64,000 nucleotides of DNA, taken from Asterias rubens. Its lineage: Eukaryota. The first letter of the stretch is position 1. Each line of letters starts with the position of its first letter. Positions 36,886-48,254 of the stretch are shown piece after piece. Location of the stretch: assembly GCF_902459465.1 (NCBI RefSeq), contig NC_047076.1, positions 12,710,001 through 12,774,000 of the forward strand. Reading direction: 5' to 3'. The position numbers and the translations under genes were made by a program. The notes beneath the pieces were generated by a model, which was not told the origin of the DNA, ran no database searches, and saw nothing but the letters and a program-made list of their open reading frames with translations.

Positions 36886-37795
36886 AGGCACCGGACACCT
36901 CTGGTATTGTCAAAGAACAGTATTTTCTCACTTCGTGTACCCCAACAAGTGCATAAAGTTATACAAATCTGTGAATACTTGGACTCAATTGGTCTTCGAA
37001 GTTGCAAGAGAATAATGAAACAAACTTGTTGCACAATTAATGTGTGTGCTTTCAGACGCATATTTAAAAGGCTTCATCATGCCCGACGTCTTTTAATATA
37101 TGATTGAACAGTTATCTCTTTCTCAAAAATATGTTACTTCGGAGGAAGCCGTTTCTCACAATAGTTTATACTATCAACGGATCTCCATTGCTCGTTCGCA
37201 AGTTAGTTTTTATGCTATTGTAACATGTATTTGGAGTAAGTGCCATGTGTCATGCAGCGGATTTCGCGAAACGCTAGGCTTAATCCTCACTCGAGTAACT
37301 CGTCCTAACGTGGGTTCAATGCGTCCTCACGTCTATGTAAACGAAACTTTACTCGTCCCAAGTTCTAAGATTAATCCTAAGAGTGTGGCCGAGAGGTTAA
37401 TAACACCGAATTCCACCTCTGGTGTCTCTAATGAGCCGAGTGTGGGTTCGAATCCCCAGCCGGGACATTTGTGTCCTTAAGCAAGGTACCTAACCATTGC
37501 ATCGTCCTTCGGATGGGACGTAAAGTCGTTGGTCCCATGTGTTGTGTAACGCATGTAAAAGAACCCGGTGCACCTATCAAATAGAGAAGGGGTTCGCCCT
37601 AGTGGTCCTGGCTATGGCTGCTGAATGCGCCCTAGCACCTTGTAAACCCTTGAAAGGTGCTACATAATAATTGGGTCTCAGAATTCAGAACTCCTATAAC
37701 CAATCTTTCTGTATAAATGTATGCCTTTGGTACCTTGTTGGTAGATACGTGCGCTATATCAGGCTTAGATATTATTATTTTAGTGTCCAGTGCCT
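36886..37795. mobile_element. Diverged TTAA MITE with a nested MITE fragment (~37255-37382) and SINE (37383-37780)
   Basis: TTAA at 36882-36885; right TIR TAGTGTCCAGTGCCT|TTAA at 37781-37799 lies beyond the SINE tail. Confidence 0.75.
37383..37780 (+). mobile_element. tRNA-derived SINE with a Deu/Nin-like central domain and an L2-type tail, near full length
   Basis: A box TGGCCGAGAGG and B box GGTTCGAATCC; GGGACGTAAAG..GGTCCC..GTAAAAGAACCC..AGAAGGGGTTCGCCC resembles the Deu domain as I recall it; tail gtgcgctatat..(tat)n. Confidence 0.8.
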
Positions 37796-38173
37796 TTAAT
37801 CGGGATCCTTGGAAGGGGAAACCTCTCCTTTTAACATGTCAGTGTTGTTATATAGGTTGCAATTACCGCGAGTGTGGAATGACTGATTGCGGGTGGAATC
37901 TGCAATATCAGGCAGGGGGTCTGAGGGGTAAAGCATTGCATCCAAGTAGAAGCATGACTACAGGGGTCAGTCTTAGCTAACCCATCACCACGAGAATTGT
38001 TTTGATTTCTCTGAATGAGACTGAAGACTATGATTGTTTTGTTAAGCCGCTGCAGGTACTCGATCTTTCTTCTACACTTCTCCCACTTGTTTTTGGCTGA
38101 GAGATTTCTGGATTGTTCGTGCTTTGCCATTTACTGGGGCTCCGTAGTTTTGTCTTGTTTTGCTTTGGCTTAA

Positions 38174-38555
38174 AGACACTGGACACTATTGGTAATTGTC
38201 AAAGACCGCTCTTTCTCACTGACTGTATCTCAACATATGCATTAAATAACAAACCTGTGAACGTTTGAGCTCACTCGGTCGTCGAAGTTGTGAGATAATA
38301 ATGAAAGAGGAAACACCATTGTCACACAAGGTTGTTGTGTTTTCAGATGCTTAATTTGGAGACCTCAAATATTCTAAATCTGAGGTCTCGAAATCAAGTT
38401 CGTTGAAAATTACTTCTTTCTCGATAAACTACTTTACTTCAGAGGGAGCCTTTTCTGACAGTGTTTTATACTATCAACAACTCCCCATTACTCGTTACCA
38501 AGGCAGGTTTCATGCTAATAAGTAATTTGAGTAATTACCGATAGTGTCACTGCCT
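38174..38555. mobile_element. TTAA MITE, full length
   Basis: TTAA at 38170-38173 and 38556-38559; both TIRs present. Confidence 0.9.
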
Positions 38556-38616
38556 TTAATGTAAACCTTAACTTTATGAATGAGAAAATGGTACAGATAG
38601 CAATGCAAATGGTACA

Positions 38617-38749
38617 CAGGCCTGTATGCTTCGTTTTTGAAAGGGAAATGGCTCCATCGCATTTTCTTCTGGAAATGGCACCCTGTGAAGCATTTTGAAA
38701 ACTAAGAAGCATCTCCAAAGTTACGCGTGTATTGTTCACTCAAAGCCTG
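38617..38749. mobile_element. CAGGCCTG-ended MITE (hAT-like); related inverted copy at ~46330-46507
   Basis: Shared end caggcctgtatgcttcgtttt at both loci. Confidence 0.5.
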
Positions 38750-38781
38750 GGTCACGTGGTGCCTAACTCATTTCCTAATCA

Positions 38782-39060
38782 GTATGATGAGGATTGGTTA
38801 AGAGCACCACACTCAAACTCTGGTGTTTCTGATTAGCAGAGTGTGGGTTCGAGTCGTCCCAGTCGTGACACTTAACCGTTGCTTCGTCCTTCGGATGGGA
38901 CGTAAAACCGTTGATCCCGTGTGTTGTGTAACGCGCGTTTAAGAACCACTTATCGTAAAGAGAAGGGGTTCGCCCCAGTGTTCCTAGCTGGATTTGCAGC
39001 ATATTGCGCCACTTTGTAAACCATTGTGCTTAGGATTAGGTCTCCGTAACTCAAGTTCCG
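38782..39060 (+). mobile_element. Deu-domain SINE copy, 3'-truncated
   Basis: B box GGTTCGAGTC and the same central domain as 37383. Confidence 0.78.
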
Positions 39061-40019
39061 TTCCACTCACCTTTCAGTAAATACTTAGCACTTTGTATCC
39101 TTTGGAAAAATGCGCGTTATGAATACGGTTATTATTCTATTAGTACATGTATTGCGCGTCTGTACCTGTTCTGTACTGAACCTTAATGTTCTAAAATTGT
39201 TTACATTTCCCTCCTCAGTCTCGCCTTCTCTTATATTTGTGATATTCCTTTTTGTGTGTGTATTTGTAATAAACTTGTGAAGAGAGAAATACAAAATTGA
39301 ATTACAAAGTCAGGTTTGCCAACCAACGAGTTAATAACATTTTAATGTCCACACTTGAGCGCAGGCAACAATGACACGTTTCGTAACGGTCATTAACGAT
39401 ACATTTTTCGCGCTCTATTTGTAATGGCAAACACAAATTTGCAGTTATTCGATAAGACCTTGGTCCCACGAGTAAATTGCTGTTGAATTTCATGCCTTCA
39501 ATTCTTTCACCGTGTCGCGTTCAAGCGAATAATGTGCGTATAATTTAACGTCAGTGCGACAGAACTGAAACTCGAAGTTCATTCTGGAATGGAATTATTG
39601 TGTGAACTTGGCAACAAAAAAAGTTTCTAAATGTGTACATGAGTCAAAGTGTCATGGAAATTCGCTAGCGAAATCGAAAAAAAAAGGTCCCACAACAGGA
39701 TATCGAAAAAAACAAAAACATTTGACTCGGTTTCATACAACAAGAGCCCAAAACATTTCTTTGGCTCACGAATTCCCCTCCCCCTCCCTTGGATAAATTT
39801 TAAACATGATTGCGACAAGACACACTTTCCCTTTTAACTAGTGCCGTATGGTGTCTATGCTTCGCTGCATGAAGTCTTGTTCCTAAAGGTCCACACATTA
39901 TTTATGAGAAGTTTTTTTTTATATGTGTGTGGATTTTGGTGTGTTTTTGTAACAATTGATCTGTCTAGAAAAGCTACATTCTGCGTTAGTGTAGCTAATG
40001 GATGTTGGACGGCCGACTG

Positions 40020-40700
40020 CAGTGAACCTGATGATGACGTACATGTAGTGCATATATAGAACACTTTTGAGAATCAAAGAAATATAAAGAAACCACTTGA
40101 GGAATTCGTTTAAATGGCACTTTTATACTCTTTTTTCTTGTTTTCATGACAGTCGATCGTTAAAGAGGTCTATTGCATACTTGGGACACGAAGACGAGTG
40201 GATTTTTCTAAATGTCACTTGATGTATGCTTTCTTTCATGGCAGTCGCTGTATTTGCTTACTCTAGACCTGAAGACGAGTAAAGTCTACTGCTCGAAACG
40301 TCGTGACCACACCGGCTCTTCCCAGAAACGTCGAGAAAACACTAGCTCTTTAGAGAGCAAACTTTTGAGAATCAAAGGAATAGAAAGATAATATGGAACC
40401 ACTTGAGGGAATCTTGTAAATGCCACTTTTATACTTTTTTCATGGCAGTTGTTATATACAGAGGTCTGTGTTTGCATTGAATGAATTGAAATATAAAAAT
40501 ATACGAAAACTTCTCCTGAAGACGAGTATTAAGCATACTGTCTAAACGTTGAGACCACATCAGCTTTAAAGAGCACACTTTTGAGATTAAAATTAAATAA
40601 GAAAGGAAACTGGAACCACTTGAAGATTTCTTCAAATGTTACTTTATGTATGCTTTGTTTCACGGCAGTCGTTTTAGAGGTCTGTATTTGCATGCCCACA
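40020..40700 (+). repeat. Decayed tandem array of ~200-bp units carrying hammerhead motifs (retrozyme / Penelope pLTR-like)
   Basis: Unit starts 'cacttttgaga(a)tcaaa' at ~40062, ~40361 and ~40576. Hammerhead cores at 40269-40302 (CTGAAGA..GAAACGTC) and 40516-40550 (CTGAAGA..TAAACGTT); remnants at ~40028, ~40190 and ~40325. Confidence 0.65.
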
Positions 40701-41639
40701 GTAGGATGCAGAAAACGGTCTATATAGTATAAGGGTTCTCGACTTATGCAAGAAACGGCGATCGTTTAAAGTCTCCCCGAATAAAAGCATCGCGTTCAAG
40801 TACAACGTTAAGAAAACACAGTTTTCGATCACATGCATACTGATAGACTCTTGTCGTTGCTATACGCTGACGTACGTCTGATAAATTCAAACTGCGCTGA
40901 GCTTGTGACTTTATAAAGACAACTTTTACGTGTCTCTGAATCCATTGACGTGCTTACATTTTCATTGATCTAAAGCGGTCGCGTACTTAGGCTAAATATT
41001 ATTGACTTCTGCGCTTTAAAGTGGGTGCATAACAAATTGTAATTGCAAACGCACGTGGGTCTGCCTTTCACTTTGAATTTCGTACAGACAATGATAGTAT
41101 CGTGACCCCTGTGTGACATCCACACATACATTCGCAAGCGTGTGTACGCCTGAAACCGTAGACATCCTATTGTTCCTCCTTTGTTTATACTCGGAAACTT
41201 TTTTGGCAACAGCTCCAAAATGGTTTGGTACACGTTTCCAAACTGTAGACCTTCCCCGAGCTGTTGACTTTGTTGTTCCCTTTTGTTATAGGTCCACGGT
41301 TTGAATTTGTACACCTCATCTTTTTGTTCTTTCCGTTGTCCCTGTACTTGAGATTTCTCCATAGACTTTGTACACAGAATGTCTTGTGGAGCACCCGGTC
41401 TTTAGAATTTCCCTCTCGAGTCCTTTTATGTTCCTTTTCTGTTTTGTCTTGGGCTCCAGCCGACACTCTCACCATGTCTGATGTTGTGGGTGATCGTTGT
41501 TTGAAATGATAGCGATCAGTCTTTCTTTTATTTTTATTTCATTCGATTTCATTTCAAATTCTGTTTTAAAAGCAAAGGTCTCTCAGAAAATTAATCACTG
41601 TACTACTACTAGCAAAGAACCAAATATAGGGCAGACAAG

Positions 41640-42060
41640 GATGGACATTTCACTTGAAGATGTGGGAGGAAAACCATAGAGAAATATATCAGGGGAAACC
41701 CACGTAAAGAACAATTCACTTTGCCCCCAGCGTGATTCGAACCAGGGCCCAATTTCATAGAGCTGCTTAAGCACAAAATTTTGCTTAAGCAAAAAAATCA
41801 TTGCTTAGTAAAATCAGATTACCGGCCAAGACTCCACTCAATTGGTATGCTAAGTGAACAAAAGCTAAATACCAGTCACAAGCAAAGTATGTTGCATGAA
41901 ATTTTGGCCAGTAACATGTGTAAAATAAGCGAGCTATTTTCGTGCTTAAGCAATTTTTTTGCTTAAGCAGCTCTATGAAATTGGCCCCAGGTCCTAGATG
42001 TGGAAGGCATATATCGGAAAGCAACCACTTCGCTTAGAGTTATCAGTGACCAGAAACAAA
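41640..42060 (-). mobile_element. Third tRNA-derived SINE-like element, split by the 41746-41987 MITE
   Basis: Removing the MITE and one CAG rejoins ...ttccacatctaggacctg-gttcgaatcacgctggggg (B box). Confidence 0.6.
41746..41987. mobile_element. Harbinger-like MITE with a 3-bp CAG target duplication
   Basis: ~28-bp TIRs GGCCCAATTTCATAGAGCTGCTTAAGCA / TGCTTAAGCAGCTCTATGAAATTGGCCC; CAG at 41743-41745 and 41988-41990. Confidence 0.85.
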
Positions 42061-42504
42061 CATACATCACCAGTCAACAATAATCTTTCTCAAGAATCAA
42101 CTGAGCAGATGCACTCGGTGTACACATTGGAGATAACCAATAATGAACATCCCCTTTAAGCTGATAAAGAAAATCCCAAATCCTTACCTCAAGTCCCGTT
42201 GATTTAGGTTTGAAGCAGACCACAAGGCAACTGGCCGTGTGGTGATGATTGAAAACTTGATTCTCTTTTTGAAGCTTGAGACACGTATACAAATTTATCC
42301 TCGAGTCCCGATCTGTTTTTCTAGGAAGTTAAAGTCAATCTCTTGGATGAACATTGGAGGAACTTCAATGAGGTTTGCACGTTTCTTGCTTTCAGACAGG
42401 AGCACATAAATATTTATTTAACAAATTTAATAATTTCTAGACAAACATTTTTGTCAACTAGCTTCTCATAACGTAACTAGGTATTTGTCACAACCGACTA
42501 CGTT

Positions 42505-42780
42505 TTGTTTGTATCCATTTACACCGATGTTTATTAGCACTGCATACTCAGTACTTTCCCGAGTTCTGTGAACAACTTCACAGGCATGTTACTCGGGTGG
42601 GATTCGAACCCACGACCCTTGCAATTCTAGAGCAGTGCCATACCAACTAGACCACCGAGACTGTCCGGTAGCTAGAGGCAGTTCGAATCGTATGTGTTTG
42701 CAGCGGATACTGCAAATGATTTTTAAAATAAAAGTGGTTCTACATTCTAACAAAGTTGGGCACAGGCGTGACCAGTCTTT
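42505..42780 (-). mobile_element. Second tRNA-derived SINE family; a further head fragment lies at 31999-32054
   Basis: Minus strand: A box TGGTCTAGTTGG, B box GGTTCGAATCC, followed by gagtaacatgcctgtga..ctcgggaaagtactgagtatgcagtgc. Confidence 0.75.
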
Positions 42781-42945
42781 CTTTATTCATCTTTTTCTTC
42801 CATTCTATTTTTTTTTTAAGGTAAGGGGCGCATTATAAGTTTAACTTTTGGTAATATAACAGACAACGAGTGAAGTGAGATGCTGTTCAAAAAATAGATA
42901 AATGATTTACGTCTTTTCTTGGATCTTGTCTTTCCCGATTTGCAG

Positions 42946-43068
42946 TTCCTGTGATGTTACTTCCAATGAAGCTGTGAGGTACATCCTCTGCGATGGTTCG
43001 TCCAGGATACCCGAGCTCAGAGAAAGAAGCGGATATGAAGTAGGAAGTCCACTCAAACATCGCCATTG
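42946..43068 (+). CDS. Candidate 123-bp exon (SCDVTSNEAVRYILCDGSSRIPELRERSGYEVGSPLKHRH)
   Basis: Long pyrimidine tract plus ttgcag| acceptor; TG|GTAAGA donor; only one of three frames is open. Confidence 0.35.
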
Positions 43069-43276
43069 GTAAGACACTTTACCTTTACATTACGTTCCGT
43101 GAAAGAAAGCGAAAACAAAGTACTTCTTTTTGGGAACAGGCAAGTTAGACCTCTAGAGTGCCCATTTGTCAGAGCAATTACTGGCCGGTCAATATTGATT
43201 ATACTTTCCCCTCGGTAATGTTAGAACTACTTTATACTTTTCTTTTCCACTGATAATTCGCTGATAACATAGCTTC

Positions 43277-43510
43277 TTAACACACATAGAACTAGCTTGA
43301 ACCATATAACTCGCTTAAACCATAGAACTCCTTTATACTCATAGCACTTGCTTGAACCATATCATTCCCTAAGCATCGAATTCCGTTATACCCATTAATT
43401 GAACTTGATTGTACCTTCGCTTATACCATAGAATTCCTTTCTACCCATGAGTTTTGCTTGTACTCAATAATTCGCTTATACCATACAATTCCTTTATAAC
43501 CATAGAACTT
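43277..43510. repeat. Degenerate ~19-bp minisatellite (gcttaaaccatagaactc-like)
   Basis: About 11-12 diverged units visible. Confidence 0.7.
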
Positions 43511-43882
43511 ACGAATTTACCAATTAATCTAAGATAAATTTACAAACTACAAAAACTAAGAGTAAATGTGCCCAGGCCCTACCACTACAGAGACAAAAAA
43601 TGTGAATATATTACCAATAAATGGGACACACTATTATACACAACGGGTATTAAAGGCAAGATGTAACATGATACCGTTCATAACTCAAATAACACAGCCT
43701 TTTTTCCTTACGGTATATATAATTGTATGTACACGTTCTCCTACACATACTAGCCATTATAATCTCCATTTATGAAGGAATACATGAATAATTCGTCTGG
43801 GCGATCTATAGTAGAACTGTTGGAGCAAATAGTACCGAAGGACAAGGTGAAGAAAGGATTATTCAGATAAACTTCCAGCCTT

Positions 43883-44165
43883 GACACATGTGTCATTAAG
43901 CAAGACGCCCTTAACCACGATGCTTTGTCCTTCGGATGAGACGTAAAGCCATTGGTCCCGTGTGCTGTTTTACGCACGTAAAAGAAACCCAGTGCACTTT
44001 TCGTAAAGAAGAAGGGTTAGCCCCGGTGTTTATGGTCTAATCAGCAGCAAAATGTGCCAAATCACCTTCAAACGTAGTCGCACATCTTGTAGGAAATACT
44101 GTATGTTACAGCGCCTTGACGGATATGTGCGTTAATAGAAGCCACTGGTACTATTATAATTATTC
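43883..44165 (+). mobile_element. Deu-domain SINE copy, 5'-truncated
   Basis: gtgtcattaagcaag..gtccttcggatgagacgtaaagccattggtcccgtgtg..; tail cagcgccttg..gtgcgttaatag. Confidence 0.72.
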
Positions 44166-44513
44166 GAGGGCCATGACTCTTGTTGTTCACTCTGCACTTC
44201 TTCGAACGAGAAAAGCAAGGAGTCAAACAATTACAAATTATGTTCACGTTAACGAAGTGATTCATTGTTCGTGCACTCAAAATATTATTTGGTTCACTCA
44301 AAATATTATCTGTGCCATCGAAATGTTTCATTTAGGCAAGGGAATTTTAATTTCGATGGAATGAACTCCGATACGCAATATTATTTTAAGGGAATAATGT
44401 TTCAAGGCAAGATCATAAAGCTAGTACAACGCTGCCATAAAGCGCTGGTTCACCCAGAAACAAAGCCACCACTCGAAACTGTTTGCGATAAATCTTGCAT
44501 TATTCAAAAGTTT

Positions 44514-44955
44514 ATCTAGCCTAGATCCCAGTAGAACATCAAGTTAATAACACCCTGAGGCCCCTGTGTACAAAACGTGCATTAAACTATTTATCTAACC
44601 TTATCAAAAGCCAGAAACAAAGTTACCAGCAGAACTTTTTGTAATAGTCTTGCATATTATTCAAAAGGTGTACTGTGAAAATACAAAATACCACAGCGGA
44701 GAGGCAACAGTTTATCTAGACAAAATCCCATTGGAGCTTTAAGTTAAACAAATCTTAGTACCCTCTTGTACAAATGTGTACTAAACTATTTATATTTATA
44801 AACCTACTCCAAGCAAGAAACAACTCATAGAATAAATCAAAGGGTACTGTGAAATGCAAAACACCACAGTGGTTTGTGGAGCATAGAGGCAACAATATAT
44901 CTAGCCAACATCCCGGTAGATCATTAAGTCAATAGCGTCTTGAGGCCCCTGTGCA
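44514..44955. repeat. Degenerate ~195-bp tandem repeat (about 2.3 units)
   Basis: atctag..atccc..aagt..gaggcccctgtg and gtactgtgaaa..aaaa(t/c)accacag..gaggcaaca recur. Confidence 0.65.
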
Positions 44956-45450
44956 CTGTGAGTAAGATCTTCACCCAAGCATCGCAAACAAAATGAGATG
45001 AAACCTGATTAGGGGACTGCGCTTTGTTTTTTTCGATTAGATCGCAAGGGATATACAAAATGGCACTTTATTCCAAATTATGCATAATAAGATGGCTCTG
45101 GCTTGATAAACTGGCGCAACACCTTCCAGACGTTGTGCGCCTTTGGGCATCCCATTGTTAATAGGGTAGATTTAAGATTCATCCACGTGCATTTAAACTC
45201 GTTAATTGACGTGTCCCTCGGCATTATCAAGGCTATTTGTTGTTGTTGTGGATCATTATAGGTGTATTTACCTGTTTTCGCGCTCAAAATGCATAGATAT
45301 TTTCAGCCGTAGGATTTGAATTATCCATGTACAATATCGATGTACAATGTAGACGTTCACTGTACAAACATACGTGAATGTCCAATATCCAGTATAGATG
45401 TATAAGTTAGACATTCACTGTCTAAACATGTTAATGTCCAATATCAAATA

Positions 45451-45790
45451 GCTTCGTCCTTCGGATTGGACATAGCCGTTGGTCCCGTGTGTTGTGAAAC
45501 GCATGTAAAAGAACCCAGTGCACTTATCGAAAAGAGAAGGGGTTCGCCCCTGTGTTCCTGGCTGTGGCTGCTGTATGAGCCGTAGCACCTTGTAAACCCT
45601 TATAAGGTGCTAGATGATTGGGTCTCAGAATTCATAACTTCTGTTACCTATCTTTCTGTTAATGTATAACATACTAAGTGTCTTGAGTACCTTGTTGGTA
45701 GATACGTTCGCTATATAAGACTTCGATATTATGATTGTGATCATGATGATTGTGGTCATGATAATGATGATCATGATGATTAGATTGGAT
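45451..45790 (+). mobile_element. Deu-domain SINE copy, 5'-truncated, with a (GAT)-type tail
   Basis: Central domain and 3' part match 37383; ends in gatcatgatgat repeats. Confidence 0.78.
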
Positions 45791-48121
45791 GTACGTTGTT
45801 ATAGTACTTCAACATGATGAATGTAAAAACACCGGATGTGGTTGGGATATTCCATTTATTAACTCCCAGTCATTACACGGTAAAGGGCGAGGCGCATCAA
45901 TAAGAACAACCATGATGAAGTACATGGTGAATAAGTCACGAAAAGAGTCGACAGAGTGGATGAGAAATAGAGATTATCAATCACAGAGTGATTAAAGGTC
46001 TAATCATGTGGGAAGAGCAGTTTATACATGGAGATTAACATAGATTAATGGAGATAAATGGAGATCAAATACTCCTAGAAACTGTGCTGACTTTCATTAG
46101 CAACATTGAAAGAAATCTGTATCATTACTCATTCTGCGCGGCGTCAAGTCCGGTCTTTATTCGGTATTTATACGGGGCGATAAGACTAAAGGAGTTGTGA
46201 CACTCCTTGAAATGTGCATACAAAAAAGTGTGCATTCTTTATGGGTACGTGTATTGTATACATTGTAGGCTCAGTGCATTTGCATCTAGCAAACTTCGAT
46301 TTTCATCAATCATTGGTATATTATTTTGTTTGATATGTAGGTTTGATGCTTCACGGAGGCAACTAAAGGCGATTGCCTTCATGCCCCCGGGGTCGCTGCC
46401 TTGGTGCCCTTGAAACGCGACCAGTAGAAATTTACAGTTTCCTCATGGGTGCCCTTTCCAAAAAGAAGATGCCCTTGCCCTTTTATAAAACGAAGCATAC
46501 AGGCCTGGATATGTGTATATTTTGTTCAAATTATCTGACCAAAGTTTGAGAAAACAAGAAACTAGTTTATTTTTTGACACACATCTTGTACCATTCATGA
46601 GTGCTTAGTTTGGTTTGAGAATTGAGCTTACAAAATCCAATAATAACTCTATAAATATAAATCCCCAAGGCAACCTGCTCAGTGAAAAAGGAAACTTTCC
46701 AAAAAATGGGTCTGACGTATAGCCTAGGCATACCTCGCGATTCTTTTCAGTTACTGTGTGAAAATGTACAATAAGTTGTCTGTCACCAAACTCTGCCATC
46801 GTTCTTTCTGAGTGAGTGAGATATTTTATGATTTAATTACATTAGCGACAGTCACACGTATTGTATCTGTCATCGAGACAGCTCTAAACAACGCATCATC
46901 TGCTAAAAGCTAAAAGCCAAACTGTACGCTGTGTTTAGCGACTGTATCAAGCATGCTTGTACATTGAATAAATGAACGGATGACAGTGAAGTTAGTTTGA
47001 TATTGGATATTGGCCATTCTCTTAGGTTTGTACAGTGAATATCGAAAATTACATATTGGATATTGGGCATTCACATATAGTACAGTGAATGTCGATTTTT
47101 AGATATTGGATATTGGACATTCCATTGGTTTACAGTACTGTACATGTACAATCCTACGAGAATGTCCAATGTTCAATATCAAATAATTGTTACTGCCATC
47201 ATGAAATTCGTTTTAATTGCAAGTAGGACGACGTTTACTTATTCACTTTGTTTCGTTGTAAAACCAATTGAGTTTGTATTTAATCTAAAAACAACCTTCA
47301 GCCGAAGTATACGTAAGAATTATTGTGGTCGTTGTTTTTCTGAGCAGTTTGGTTGTTTTGGAGACACACGATAGGCGATGAGTCAATTTCTCTTTCTTTG
47401 AGAGTCTTTTGATTTCGTGTGAACTCCGCCAAGAAATGAGAACTCATTGGGATTTACTTGGACATGCTCATTTCCATTGATTGTGACACAGCTACTTGCA
47501 GCTTTCCGCTCCCAGCGATCGAGGCAATATCCCTTGCTCTGGTTTGGTCAAGTGATGCGGTGGGGAGAGGGAGGGGGACTTAGCGGTGCATGAATGTGGG
47601 TCGATACGATGACAGAACTGTTTCTATTGACCGCCATTAATCGCCATTTATGGACATCTTTAATCGAATCGCACTCTTAGGGGCTATAGGGTGAGACGTT
47701 TTGAGTACACGGTCTAATTCCAGATAAAGTGGCCTCCTTACCAGTCTGATTAGGCCTTGGATCCCGGTTTAGTGGTCCATTTAAACTCTTCAAAATGAGG
47801 ACTTTGATTATTTTTAGACCTTTTTTTAGCAGTCCCCATGCAAAGAAAGTCCAAACGCATTGAATTGAAGTGTTCTGCTACCTCGTACAGGTATTCGTAG
47901 ATATTCGCAAAAAATTACAATTTTCACTCAAGTGCAAAGGTTGCAAAGAATAATTATGTGATTAAAACAGTAAAACTTCTTAAAGTTGTATAGCCATGAA
48001 GTATATTGCAGATGAAACAAACTTTCGAAACAAACTAAGAAGCAATGGTGTACATGGTGTCAGTTCGTTGCGTCGGTAACGATATTTTTGGTTGGAAGTA
48101 TAGGCCGTTCACACAGGCCCC

Positions 48122-48254
48122 GATAACGAGAACGAAAACGAGAACGATAAAAATGCACGGCATCGATTGGTTGAATTCTCCACGCAGAATACGCCCACGC
48201 TTGTTCAACCAATCGAGGGCGTGCATTTGTATCGCTCTCGTTTTCGTTCTCATC
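48122..48254. mobile_element. Palindromic MITE (long hairpin)
   Basis: gataacgagaacgaaaacgagaacgataaaaatgcacg..cgattggttgaa pairs with ttcaaccaatcg..cgtgcatttgtatcgctctcgttttcgttctcatc. Confidence 0.7.

Noticed and set aside
42590-42665. tRNA-like sequences here and at 33214, 37383, 38782, 54962 and ~17400
   Set aside because: A and B boxes are present, but acceptor and anticodon stems do not close and each runs into a repeated SINE body, so they are not tRNA genes.
43277-43510. Regularly spaced short repeats as a CRISPR-like array
   Set aside because: The units are degenerate and contiguous, with no unique spacers and no cas genes, in a eukaryotic context.
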